This document shows, one piece after another, positions 45,310 to 58,538 of a DNA stretch of 64,000 bases (position 1 is its first letter; each line of letters opens with the position of its first letter). The position numbers were made by a program, and so were the translations under genes. Source of the DNA: the human T2T-CHM13v2.0 reference genome, Homo sapiens; NCBI RefSeq assembly GCF_009914755.1, contig NC_060929.1. One strand, written 5' to 3'. The notes beneath the pieces are model-generated. The model ran no database searches and was not told the origin of the DNA. It worked only from the letters and a program-made list of their open reading frames with translations.

Positions 45310-48300
45310 CTAAGTAGGTTTTCTACCACAAGATTTTGAAATGGTTAAGAAAAGTATAATGATTACAATAATTCTAATGCATCTCTGTAATCAAGGTTAT
45401 TTCCTTGTCTCTCCTCTGTATGAGTTATTCTCAGCTACATCGTCCAACACAACTTAAAGATCTGCAGTGAAATCAAAGGTGAACATTGACTTAGTTCAAT
45501 AATAATGAAAGGCCAGCATTTATGTATCTTGAGTTTGATTTAAAATTCCTTACTATCATAAGATACCTAAACAGAAATTCAGTATTAAATTCCCCTTCAG
45601 AATTCTCCATCACCTCAATGTTATTTCATTGGGGGAAACACCCTCATAAGCTGACTTTACTGTTGATGCTTCTGGGTCAGGTGAAGACCCATGCCAGGGC
45701 TTTGTCATACTCCAAATAAGCCTCTCCTCACATTTGAATGCTCCATACTTTAAATAATGTTGTATTCTACTATATTTTCTTTGCGTAACTTTCCATTCAT
45801 TTGTTTATTTGTTCTGTCATTCTTCCTCCCCTACCTTCTACTACTTCTCTTATCTTTGGAAAGGGCTCAGCCCAGGTAGTATAATTTAACCTACTTAAAT
45901 CAGCTCCTATCATTTTCTGACACATGTGAGTTGGGCTAAAATCATTTGCTTAATTACGAGGCTTTCCACCGCCCCCTGCACTTTCCCTTTTTTTCTTTGG
46001 CCCAAACATTCATCTATTTAAATATTTCTTAATCAGTGATTTCTGGGTCTGCAGAATTATCCACTGTTTAAACAAATGTATTGACCCACATTTTCTTGAA
46101 TCAGATAAACCGAGTCGGTAGGTATTCTCCCAGCAAACCAACTTCCTAACCACATTGGGACAGCATTTGCTACCATCCTGTCCAGATCCCCTTTAATAAG
46201 TAGCTAAATCATTCCCATATGCCACACAATAATAGCTATTATAGATGCAGATGTGTACATACATACCCACATGTATACCTTTGTGAGCCCAGGCAAATAT
46301 ATTTAAAGCAACATACACAAGCACACTCACAAACATATACACATACAATCAGTAATAATGACTAAATAATTTATATAATTAAATTAAATATTAAATGTCT
46401 GAATCATTTCTAAACTCTTTTCAGAGCGCACCCTGCCCATTTTATTTTGACTGGAAGAAACAGAGTATCTACGATCTAATGATTTGACAAGAATATTTAC
46501 CTTCAAATCACTGTTTCTCAATAACTTTAAAAATCCTGTTTGTGACAAATGGTAATTGTGGGTAGTACTGTTTCATGACTGAGAAAACCTTAGAATTCAA
46601 TCAGAGCAAAGGAAAATATAGCCAAGAGTGCCTGCTGTTTCCTACCAGTGCTTCTATTTGCAAGGAGCAGTTGAGGAGGGCAGAGTTATAGCATGTTTTG
46701 TTTTGCTTTTATCTGTAGGATATGAGGGAGGATGTCAAGGCCAGGCGTGAGAAGTGAGTGGCTCTAGAAGCGAGTGTTTCTAGAAGTCAGAAAATTAATA
46801 CAAAAAGATAAAAAAGTAGTTACAGAAGTAAGGTATACATTATAAATCAGGTGACTTTTAGTGTTAAGAGATGCAAGTAAAAGCTGTACTTAATATTATT
46901 TAACTAGACTCTTTCAATTAAAGTTTCTATGATATTCATTTTGTAGCCCACCATTTAAGATTTTGAGTCTATGGTGCATCTTATGAATGATCCATTGTAC
47001 CTTTGATAAAATCATCATCCTAGACTTGAGTGAGAGGTTAAATTTTACCATAACAGTATGCTAATTGATTCAAATATTAAAGAAGTGACAATTACACGTA
47101 ACATTTGAAATCAGTTACCAAGTCAGCATGGTACTATAGCAATACACTGACGTAGAAACGACGTTTGGAGAGAGGCTATGCACTTTATTACTGATGTTTC
47201 AAGTAGAGAATCAGACCTTTGTGGCCTCATAAGGGGTCAGTAAATTAGGAAGTCTGAAAACACTCAGAACTTCTCAAATTAGGAATGTATATTGAACTAA
47301 GTTTTCATAGGCTTTCCCCACTAATCTAAGTTGTTTTGTTTTGTTTTTGTTTGTATTGTCTCTGCCTTTATCTATCATTACAAGATCTACAAGGTAGCCA
47401 TATGGCTAGAATGCAGGTCGCATCTGACCAAATCCCACAAAGACCATAACATTTTTGCTTTCCAGAGGCCATAAAATATTTTCTTTGTCCATCACTGTGG
47501 ACATAATCAATCGCTTTGTGATTATTCACCATAATCACATAATTACTTTGGTGGGGGAAATGTGTTACAGTTATTTACTAGCTAACTGGGACTTAACTCT
47601 GAGAGAAATAATTCTTCAAAGAAACCTGGTACTTTAGTTATCACCAGGAGAAGGTGTAATTAGCAAATAGCAGCTGTCTTCCAAGATGATGGTAATACTC
47701 AAGGCTGCTGTCCTGTGCGGTAAATGGAGACTAGGTTTTTTTTGGAAATAAGTTTTCTGGTGAAGCTTTTAATTATACAGTTTTCAGAAACTTGATATGG
47801 TTACAGACTGATTATTACTGGCATCTTGAAAAATGTATAGGCCAGCAAACGTCAGGGATTCAGATAAAGAACATTATCATAGTATGTTACAGAAATGCAT
47901 CAGAGTATGGCAACTTCAACAAGTGGGGTGAGTCAAGGCAGTTGGAAGGTCTTGTAGGATGCTCTGTGATATGTGCAAGGGAGTTAAAAGGCAGATGATA
48001 AAACTGTGAGAAATACAAGCCAACCATTTCTAGAATAGTTTAGTTCAGCATGTACCTGGAAGAAAAGGAAACTTTAAAAAGTAGGACTGAGTGCTACAGA
48101 TCACATTTATTTTCATTTTCTACAAGAGATTAAAATTTTTTTGCATCTACTTTGGTTTCTGGATTGACATTTCTATGAATGTGACACAATGCTGATAAGG
48201 AACTACATGTTTCTTATAGAATATGTGATTTATTCATTCATTAGATGCTCAAAATATGTACTTGAGTTAATTCAGATAATCATAGAACTATCCATTTTAG

Positions 48301-48710
48301 CCTTACTTGGCCTAGAATTGTCTTTATTGAACTAAAATTAGTTTAACACCATGTGCCAAATTTGAAGGATTTTAAAAGATCTAGGATGCCTGTATTATGA
48401 AACGGTATTGACCTTACTGTTTACTAAGTTGCACCATTTTATTTTTATGAGAATTTATCGAAGGTTATTTTCAGTGACTCTGTAATAGGAGTTGTTGTAT
48501 CTCTTCCTCATCCAAAATGGTTTTTGTATTATAAACAATCAGAATCATGTCCCTAATTTTCTCCCATTTTCCTTGAGCAACCAGAAACCCCAGAGTGAAA
48601 TTAGTGACAGACGTGTCTGGTATGTATACCACTCTCTCTAACATGAGCTACATAATACCAAAAATCATTATTATCATTTTTATTATCACTATAAAAAACA
48701 GTATATTTGT

Positions 48711-49990
<1,280 letters not shown>

Positions 49991-50069
49991 AAAAAGAGCA
50001 CAAAGAAGAGTGATGGTGATAGTATTAGTTGGGCTAGTAGCAATTGATATTAATAAGTCACTTACTGTG

Positions 50070-50191
50070 CTGGGCCCAGTGGCTTATACCTGTAATCCCA
50101 GCACTTTGAGAGACTGAAGCAGAAGAATTTCTTGGGGCCTAGAGTTCAAGACCATCCTGGGCAACATAGCAAGACCTCATCCCTCAAAAAA
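50070..50191 (+). mobile_element. FLAM_C-like Alu monomer
   Basis: Single left monomer; TSD core tcacttact on both sides. Confidence 0.85.
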
Positions 50192-51633
50192 TATCACTTA
50201 CTACATACTAAGCAATGTACTAAGCTGCTATCTTATTTTTAGTTTTCATTCTAGGTATAGATTACTTGATCCTATCACTAACATACCTTATGATTTTATT
50301 ATATCAGTAGTTTATAAGTAATGGGAAAATGTCTGAAAAGAAAAGCGAAAGAAATTAGAAAGGCATTTTATTGTTCTCAACTATGAATTGTGGTATTTTT
50401 AAAACAACATCCTTACCTAATCAAGATAAATAAAAATTGTCCTATATGTAGGCACTATTATTATTTCTCATATAATGACTAATGGCTAATCATTGCAAAG
50501 GTAAATTCTAACTGAAGATTTTATAAACAACTGCTTATATGTTTATTTAAAACACTATAAGCTCATTAAGGGCAGTTTATTTTTGTCTCTACAGTACTAT
50601 CACTGTGCAAATAAGGGGCTGGCAATCTTTTGATAAGGAAATAAATGGATCATGAAATGTTTTAAGGCATCAGTAGAAATTGCTAAATGAGAGAGCAAAA
50701 AGTCATGTAAAATGAAACTGTATTCATAAGGTTAGATTACTGATTAAATGGGGCCATGAAAAACCAACAATGAAAATCTGTTTTCTCCAAATGAAAGCTC
50801 AAGAGTCCATAGAAAGTGTGATCTCATTAATTCAACTGAAGTCCCTTTTAGGCAGAAATAATATCAATTGAAAATGTTGAGAAATGTTTTATTTAACTGC
50901 CTCCAGTAGAGTTCTTTTGATCCAAACTCAAAGTGCCTGAAGTCCTCAGCAATTCTTTTGGCTGTACTGGTGCCACAGAGGTCACACAATGACGTTGTAG
51001 ACCCCTGTCATATACTCCTGTCTCTTGCCATAAACAGATAACTTGCAGTGGAGGAAGGTAATTAAAATATTTCTATGGTGAGGATGTAGGTGCTTAGAGA
51101 AGAGGTCTGAGGCTGCACTGCTGAAGGATTTATGAACTAAATTTGTTTGCTGTGCTGCAGCAAAAGTGACAGCATCTTCAGTTTACAACCGTGTTTTTAA
51201 TTTAGACATGTTATGCATGATCAGAAACAACAGCCATTTCCTTTGCACAAGCCTTATTACTTATAAATCATGACAGTGCCATCACTGCATTAATTTGAAA
51301 GATTCAATAGATAACACTATCAAAACTACTCAATTTTTTAAAATTCTCATACCCCAAAGAAATAGGAGTAAACAAAATAGTATTTTCTATATTTTCATAT
51401 AAAAATTATATGGTGATGCAGAAGTTTTTAAGGGAAAGGATATTTAGATAGCAATTTACTTTAAAAGGTATCATAATTAAAAAGTGATGATTGATGGACA
51501 GAGAGTGGAAAGATGGACAGATAAAACAAATATTGTACAGTATCAATGCTGATATCTAGGTGTCAAGTAAACTGATGTTCGCTGTAAAATTTTGTTAAAT
51601 TTTTGGTATTTTTGAAAATCGTAGTACTAAAAT

Positions 51634-51765
51634 GTTGCAAACTATAGGTTGAAATAGTTTATTACAGTTTTAAGATATATATATCTTAAATATATACATT
51701 TATATATAGTTGTAAAGTATAGGTTGAAATCATTTATTACAGTTTTAAGATATATATAATATGCA

Positions 51766-51821
<56 letters not shown>

Positions 51822-51873
51822 AAGCAATATTTCACAATGCCAAGAAATACCAAGCAATATTTCATGATAGCCA
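51634..51873. repeat. Cluster: 75-bp-period duplication, (TG)n(TA)n microsatellite, 30-bp-period duplication
   Basis: 'tataggttgaaat..tttattacagttttaagatatatata' twice; 'ataccaagcaatatttca' twice. Confidence 0.85.
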
Positions 51874-52559
51874 ATTATATTTGGAAAACTGAGAGCAAAC
51901 CGAGTTCATTGCCAGTATGCTCTCTGTATGTCCCTAGGTATCTGAACATTGGACTTCTTTCTGTGTTTGACTAAGATGGTAGCTCTTTGCTCTTTGTAGT
52001 GCTAACCGACTCTCCTCATCAAAGGTAAGGTGGATGCCAGGAGGCATTACAGATCCATTTATTTTAATGAGCTTCCAAGTTGATGACTGCATTTTATCTT
52101 AATCTATTAAGTACTAATCAATCCAAGTGATGATCAAATATAAAACTTGTTTTCTTTGAGTACTAACTGGTTACTAAAGTTAGTGATGACCATATACTGC
52201 CTTTGCATTTTGTGCCTACCTTTCACTCTCTTGTGATAGTATACGTAGTCATACTAAAGGATATCACTATAGAGTTTGCAACAATTCTAGATAGTATAAT
52301 ATAGCAAAAAGATGAATCAAATATCTGGGAGATGGGTTGGGGTTCCATTAACAGGTAATACATGAACATTACTAAGATTATATTCTGCTTAGGACTGAAA
52401 TATTGATTAGTGATGTCCTGGAGGCTCAGAACTCTAAACAAGCACTTGCTTTAGACAAGGTTGATACTTTTATTAACAGAAAATAATGATTTAAAAATAA
52501 CTGTATCAAAATTTTTAGGAAAAAAAAAGGTGAGGCTTTCAGAAGTTTGGGTAATATAA

Positions 52560-52800
52560 TTCTAAAAGCCTGTGGACAATGGAATCAGGAAGGCAATAGC
52601 TCTCCCTCACAACTCAGATCTGTGACTAGGAACAAGACCTGTACATCTTTAAGCCTCAGTTTCTCATCCATGATATTGAGATCATAGTATTATTCTACTT
52701 TTCAGACTTATTGTGAATTATCAAATGAAATCATAGATATTAAACACATTCCATAATGCCTAGAGAATAGGAAGTAATCAAAAAATGATGATCATTAAAA
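52560..52800 (+). mobile_element. MIR
   Basis: 'aagcctcagtttctcatcc...ttattgtgaattatcaaatgaaatcat'. Confidence 0.7.
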
Positions 52801-52898
52801 AATAAAAGTAAATTAAAATAGACAATGATCATTATCGTTAATACCAACTTTCAGTAATTAGTATTAGGCGGCATTTAAAACTAGATATCATTTTCTTT

Positions 52899-53770
52899 TT
52901 TTTTTTTCACTTATTCTTTTTTTATACTTTAAGTTCTAGGGTACATGTGCACAACTTGCAGGTTTGTTACATTTGTATACATGTGTCATGTTGGTGTGCT
53001 GCACCCATTAACTCGTCATTTACATTAGGTATATCTCCTAATGCTATCCCTCTCCCCTCCCCCCACCCCACGACAGGCCCCGGTGTGTGATGTTCCCCTT
53101 CCTGTGTCGAAGTGTTCTCATTGTTCAATTCCCACCTATGAGTGAGAACATGCGGTGTTTGGTTTTTTGTCCTTGCAATAGTTTGCTTAGAATGATGGTT
53201 TCCAGCTTCATCCATGTCCCTACAAAGGACATGAACTCATCATTTTTATGGCTGCATAGTATTCCATGGTGTATATGTGCCACATTTTCTTAATCCAGTC
53301 TATCATTGATGGACATTTGGGTTGGTTCCTAGTCTTTGATATTGCGAATAGTGCCTCAGTAAACATACATGTGTATGTGTCTTTATAGCAGCATGATTTA
53401 TATTCCTTTGGGTATATACCCAGTAATGGGATGGCTGGGTCAAATGGTATTTCTAGTTCTAAATGATCACCATTCTAACTAGTGTGAGATGGTATCTCAT
53501 TGTGGTTTTGATTTGCATTCTCTGATGGCCAGTGATGATGAGCATTTTTTCATGTGTCTGTTGGCTGCATAAATGTCTTCCTTTGAGAAGTGTCTGTTCA
53601 TATCCTTCGTCCACTTTTTGATGGGGTTGTTTGTAAGAGCTTCTGCACATCAAAAGAAACTACCATCAGAGTGAACAGGCAACCTACAGAATAGGAGAAA
53701 ATTTTTGCAATCTACTCATCTGACAAAGGGCTAATATCCAGAATCCACAAATAACTCAAACAAACTTACA
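52899..53770 (-). mobile_element. L1PA3/4-like element with a 5' inversion (minus 52899-53634, plus 53635-53770)
   Basis: Young L1PA 3' UTR; 16-bp TSD agat(a/g)tcattttcttt (52883-52898, 53771-53786). Confidence 0.93.
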
Positions 53771-54194
53771 AGATGTCATTTTCTTTAAAAGTAACCACTG
53801 TAAGTATGATTTTGAGTTTGTAGTGGAGTAACACTATATGAATTTAGATGAGTTAGTAAAAACTGTATTTTCATAGCTAAAGAAAAGACTAAGAAACTTA
53901 ATGGATTTGTACAGAGTTGTAAGAATAATAGTTACTACAAATAATAAGGCATCTTATTCTTCTAAGAGATAGTATTCTCTGAGAAAAACTGTTAACTAAA
54001 AAAACACAGGTAGATGAATTTGTGTTTTAAAATAAGTAATTTTAGAAACTATATTATTTGTGTTAAAAAAGAAGATACCACTTTTATAGAAAAAATAACA
54101 GTGCAGAGATACTGTATGTTTCTGAGGCTCCTAGTATAAAAATATAAATGAATTTTTAGAAGTCAATAAGATTTCACATATGTAATCTGTTTCT

Positions 54195-54335
54195 TGGGAG
54201 GCTGGGGCAGGAGAATCACTTGAACCCAGGAGGCGGAGGTTGCAATAAGCTGAGCTCGCACCACGGCACTCCAGCCTGGGTAACAGAGCGAGACTCTGTC
54301 TCAAAAAATAAAAATAAATAAATAAATAAATAAAA
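54195..54335 (+). mobile_element. AluS right arm (5'-truncated)
   Basis: 'ggcaggagaatcacttgaacccaggaggcggaggttgc' followed by (AAAT)n. Confidence 0.9.
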
Positions 54336-55665
54336 TTACAAATACTTCTGTGAATGTGAGTGGAATAAAGAATAGTATAATAAAGGTAGTGTAGATTGAT
54401 ATCTAATGTCCTAAAGAGAGGAATATTTTTAACCAAAATAATTGTTGCCCCTGGAGATGGAACAAATAAACTATAGCCTTTGTCTTTTAAGAAGACTCAC
54501 TTAAGGATTGAGTCTTTTAAATGTACATCTTCTCACATGTTTGTAATGAGTTTGCAATGATGTATTTATGTATAGGAGTAGTAGGCAATAAAATACACTA
54601 GAATTTCATAAAATATGACTTACCACAGCATCAAAATTTATAGGATATTTATTCATATTGGATTATTCTTGGGGATTTTTTAATGATTAATGATATGTCA
54701 TTGTATCATGAACCAAAATAAAATAAATGCCTGGAAAACGTTTTGAACACAAATATATGCATTAGAATAACTTGTGTGTTTTTAAATTTAGTATATGTTG
54801 GATACTAGAAAATTATATTCTCATTCTTAAATGTTAGCAAAGAAATGTAAAGGAAACAGAAAACATGTCATAAGAGTTTTTTTCTCATAATTAGAATCTA
54901 TATGAATTCTATTTATATGGAATAGAATTAACATTTTATATGAAAATTCTATAGTCTATATGAATTCTAATTTATATGAATTAAATTATTATATCACACT
55001 TTCTGTGTAATAATAAAAGTTTACATCATAAAGGTATACATGATGAAAGCTGAGGTCTTGAATTAAGTGAAATATATTGTACAATGAGAAAAATAATATT
55101 TAAAATACTTTTATTTGAAGAACATTAATTTAAAAGAAATGTTTTATGTTATGCAAGTGATGCTGCTAGTCATCGACCCTTCATCTCTCCTTCTACTCAT
55201 TCATTTAATCATGCATCACACAAACATATACTGAGGACTTATTTCAGGTTTGCTTTTATGTCCTGCCTGCCTGAATAAACCCAGCCTTCATTTCTGGTTT
55301 TTGATCATTTCTGTTTTTCTAGAAATGTTATGCACTGCACCATCCTTTCAAAAATTTCATCATAGGGCTTTTGTGATGTTATGATGCATCATCGTAAGAG
55401 ATTCTCCAATGTTTAATGCATCCTGTATTTCCTCAAAAAGAAAAAACTGATCACATTTCAACATTCTTTGAATAAACAAAAACATTTTAAATAGTACAAT
55501 TTTTATTTTGAACTTTTACACATATGTTCCTAATGAAGATTAAGCTGACTTATGATTTGTTGCATTAATTTGACCTCAGATCATGTAGCTATTCAAGATT
55601 ATTAAATACAATGGAAAACATTTCAATTTTTTGTCTATTCTCTGTAATTGTGCATAATAATATGA

Positions 55666-56110
55666 TGTGATGGTTAATACTGAGTGTCAGCTTGATTGGA
55701 TTGAAGGATGCGAAGGGATCCTGGGTGTGTCTGTGAGGGTGTTACCAAAGGAGATTAACATTTGAGTCAGTCGGCTGAGAAAGGCAGACCCACCCTTAAT
55801 CTGGGTGGGCACCACGGGTAATCAGCTGCCGGGGGGCTAGAATAAAGCAGACAGAAGAAGGTCGAAGCATCTGACTTGCTGAGTCTTCTGGCCTTCTTCT
55901 TTCTCCTGTGCTGGATGCTTCATGCCCTCGAACCTCAGACTCTAAGTTCTTCAGTTTGGGGACCTGAACTGTCTCTCATTGCTCCTCAGCTTGCAGACGG
56001 CCTATTGTGGGACCTTGTGACCATGTAAGTTAATACGCTCCCCTTTATATATATATATATGTATATCCATCCTATTAGTTCTGTCCCTCTAGAGAACCCT
56101 GACTAATGCA
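55666..56110 (+). mobile_element. MLT2A1 (HERV-L) solo LTR
   Basis: 'tgtgatggttaatactgagtgtc' to 'gagaaccctgactaatgca', ~445 bp; perfect TSD TATGA. Confidence 0.92.
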
Positions 56111-56361
56111 TATGATTTTATATATGTAAAGATTTCAGCTCTAGCCTCTAGAGGTCTTAGGTCCTGATGATACTTCTGAGGTTATTATTTCACTTTCAAA
56201 AGTTTTCCCATGGATAATGGCTTGCCTTCGTTGCCTAGGAAAATGTACATTTTCCTAAATGATTTTTCATTTTATCTATACTTTAAAAACATTTCTATAA
56301 AATATTACTATTCTGTGTTATTCTTAAAATCTACACAATTGTGTTTATGTTGGCAATCTCC

Positions 56362-56456
56362 TTTTTTTTTTTTTTTTTTTTTGATACAGAGTCTCACTCT
56401 GTCACTCAGGCTGGAGTGCAATAGAGCAATCTTGGCTCACTGTAACCTCTGCCTCT
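56362..56456 (-). mobile_element. Alu 3' fragment
   Basis: T-tail plus 'gagtctcactctgtcactcaggctggagtgc'. Confidence 0.88.
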
Positions 56457-57331
56457 GTGGGTAAAGTGGATGGTCCATAGATGGCTATAGCCACTGAACA
56501 GATAAGGCATTTCATTATGTATTGTAATGTAATTTGCAATTTACACTATATAAAAGTGTGTGGGAGTTTGCATGTGTGCAGTTGTTGTGCTATATCTTTG
56601 ACATGGTAATGGAAAAACTGACCAAGTGTTAAAATTTACCATTGACATGAATTGTACCAGATAGATCATCTAATCTACTGATCTCTAATGATTTTGATAG
56701 AATAAGATTTAATTAAAATATTTAATGTCAGCCTGTAAATGTATTATGCTCTAGTTACATTTTATTGCAAAAGACAGGGAAATTATTAGGTTTACCAGAA
56801 ACATCACGTAGAATGTCAACTTTAATTTCTTTTGTTTTCATTAGGTTAATCAGTCTTAAAGCTTATAGTTAATCACATGCTTATTTCATGATTGTACTTT
56901 TAAACAACACATTTCTAAAATTCCACATCATTAGACTATTTACTTTCTAGAGTATCTTCCATTCTTGTTACATTGGTGGACTTATTCTGCTTAAGGTTGA
57001 ACATCCTTATATCATGTCTTTGAGGTCTATTTTTCAAAATACTTGGAGCCCTTGAAAAATGTAATGTGGGCATTTCATAATGCAAATTTAATACCTGTAA
57101 CTTTTTTTATTGTAAGGTAAGTGGAAATGGTGTATTCCATAAGCAATAGAGATTAGTTGGCATAAAAACAATGATCAATTTAACAATTGAAATAATTTCA
57201 TTAGCTTTACAGATGTAGCAAAGCAAAAGTCATTGACAGAATCTGTAATATTTGTTTTGATACTAGAATGTTGCAGTAGATTTTCAGCATCAACCAGACA
57301 TGTATTTAGGTTACATAAATTGCTATTCAAG

Positions 57332-57475
57332 TTAGGGTTGCCAGAATTAACACATACAAATATACATTGTCCAATATTTTTCAACATGCTATGTAACACA
57401 TAATTGTTTATTATGTCTCACACAATATTTAGGATATACTTATGCATTTTAATGCAAATAATTTTATTCACAACT
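57332..57475. mobile_element. MER53-like DNA MITE relic
   Basis: Terminal 'tagggttgccaga' and central 'tatgtctcacacaatatttaggatatacttat'. Confidence 0.6.
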
Positions 57476-58538
57476 TAAAAATAATTGTGTCTTCACTAAT
57501 CACTTTTAATTGTTCTGCTCAATATACACATGCATTTTTAAACTTCTTTTTTCTTTCAATAAAAACAATGTATTTATAATTTGTTGTCTTAAAATGTTTT
57601 ATAGAAATTTATTACAAAGCAAAGTTGCTTTGAATATTATAAAGACTTTAAACATATAACCTATATAAAACTCTCAAATTGCATTATTTGGAAATGTGAA
57701 TTCCTCAAAATACTGCTTTTGAGATCACAGAATTAACTTAAAATGGCACAAGCATCAGGTATAATTTCATTTTTTTAAATTATGTATCTCATTTTGTTAA
57801 GTAACTTTCACAGGTCAGCCAATTGCACAGGTACAGATAGCTGTATTTACTTGTTATCATATATTTTGTAATTAGATCAACATTGGTATGCAAAGTTGAT
57901 AATTATTTGCTTTTTTATTTTTCCTGTTCTCCCATAAATACAATGAGTTAGAGGAGTTACGGTTTTCTATATTTTCTATAATCAGTATTATTATGCTGTT
58001 ATTTCTCTCTTATATGTGAAATTTAAATATCCTCAATAATGACTTCTATTTCAAGAAATATGGTGTCAGTGTTGGTAAAAAGCAAGAATGGGTTACAAAA
58101 TGTACAGTCAATCTTAGAATTCCAATAATTTCCAACAGTGGAAATAAATTATTTGCTAGCACCAGCAAGCTGGATAGTTGATGGCAAAGACACAGACTAG
58201 CAAAAATTAGTTGAGAAAACACAGGTTCAAATTAAGTTAAAAAAATTACTAACAATCACACAGTACACACACAGCATGGTGATCCCTGGTTTACAAATGT
58301 ATCCACACTTAGTAAAGCTACACTGTTCTCCACTGTATCCAACTATGAGGTCTGATTCCCTAGAAAAGTAGTCAGACCCATATGTCAAGTTTTAAGAGAG
58401 AGAGGCAATTGCTATTTTTGACAATCCTTGTAAAGTATAGAAAGTTATTATTGACAACAGTTGTAATATTTAATTATTTCACAAACATAAGGTCTTCTCT
58501 ATGCCTAAAAAATCATGAGTTTTTCAAACTCTGTTTTT

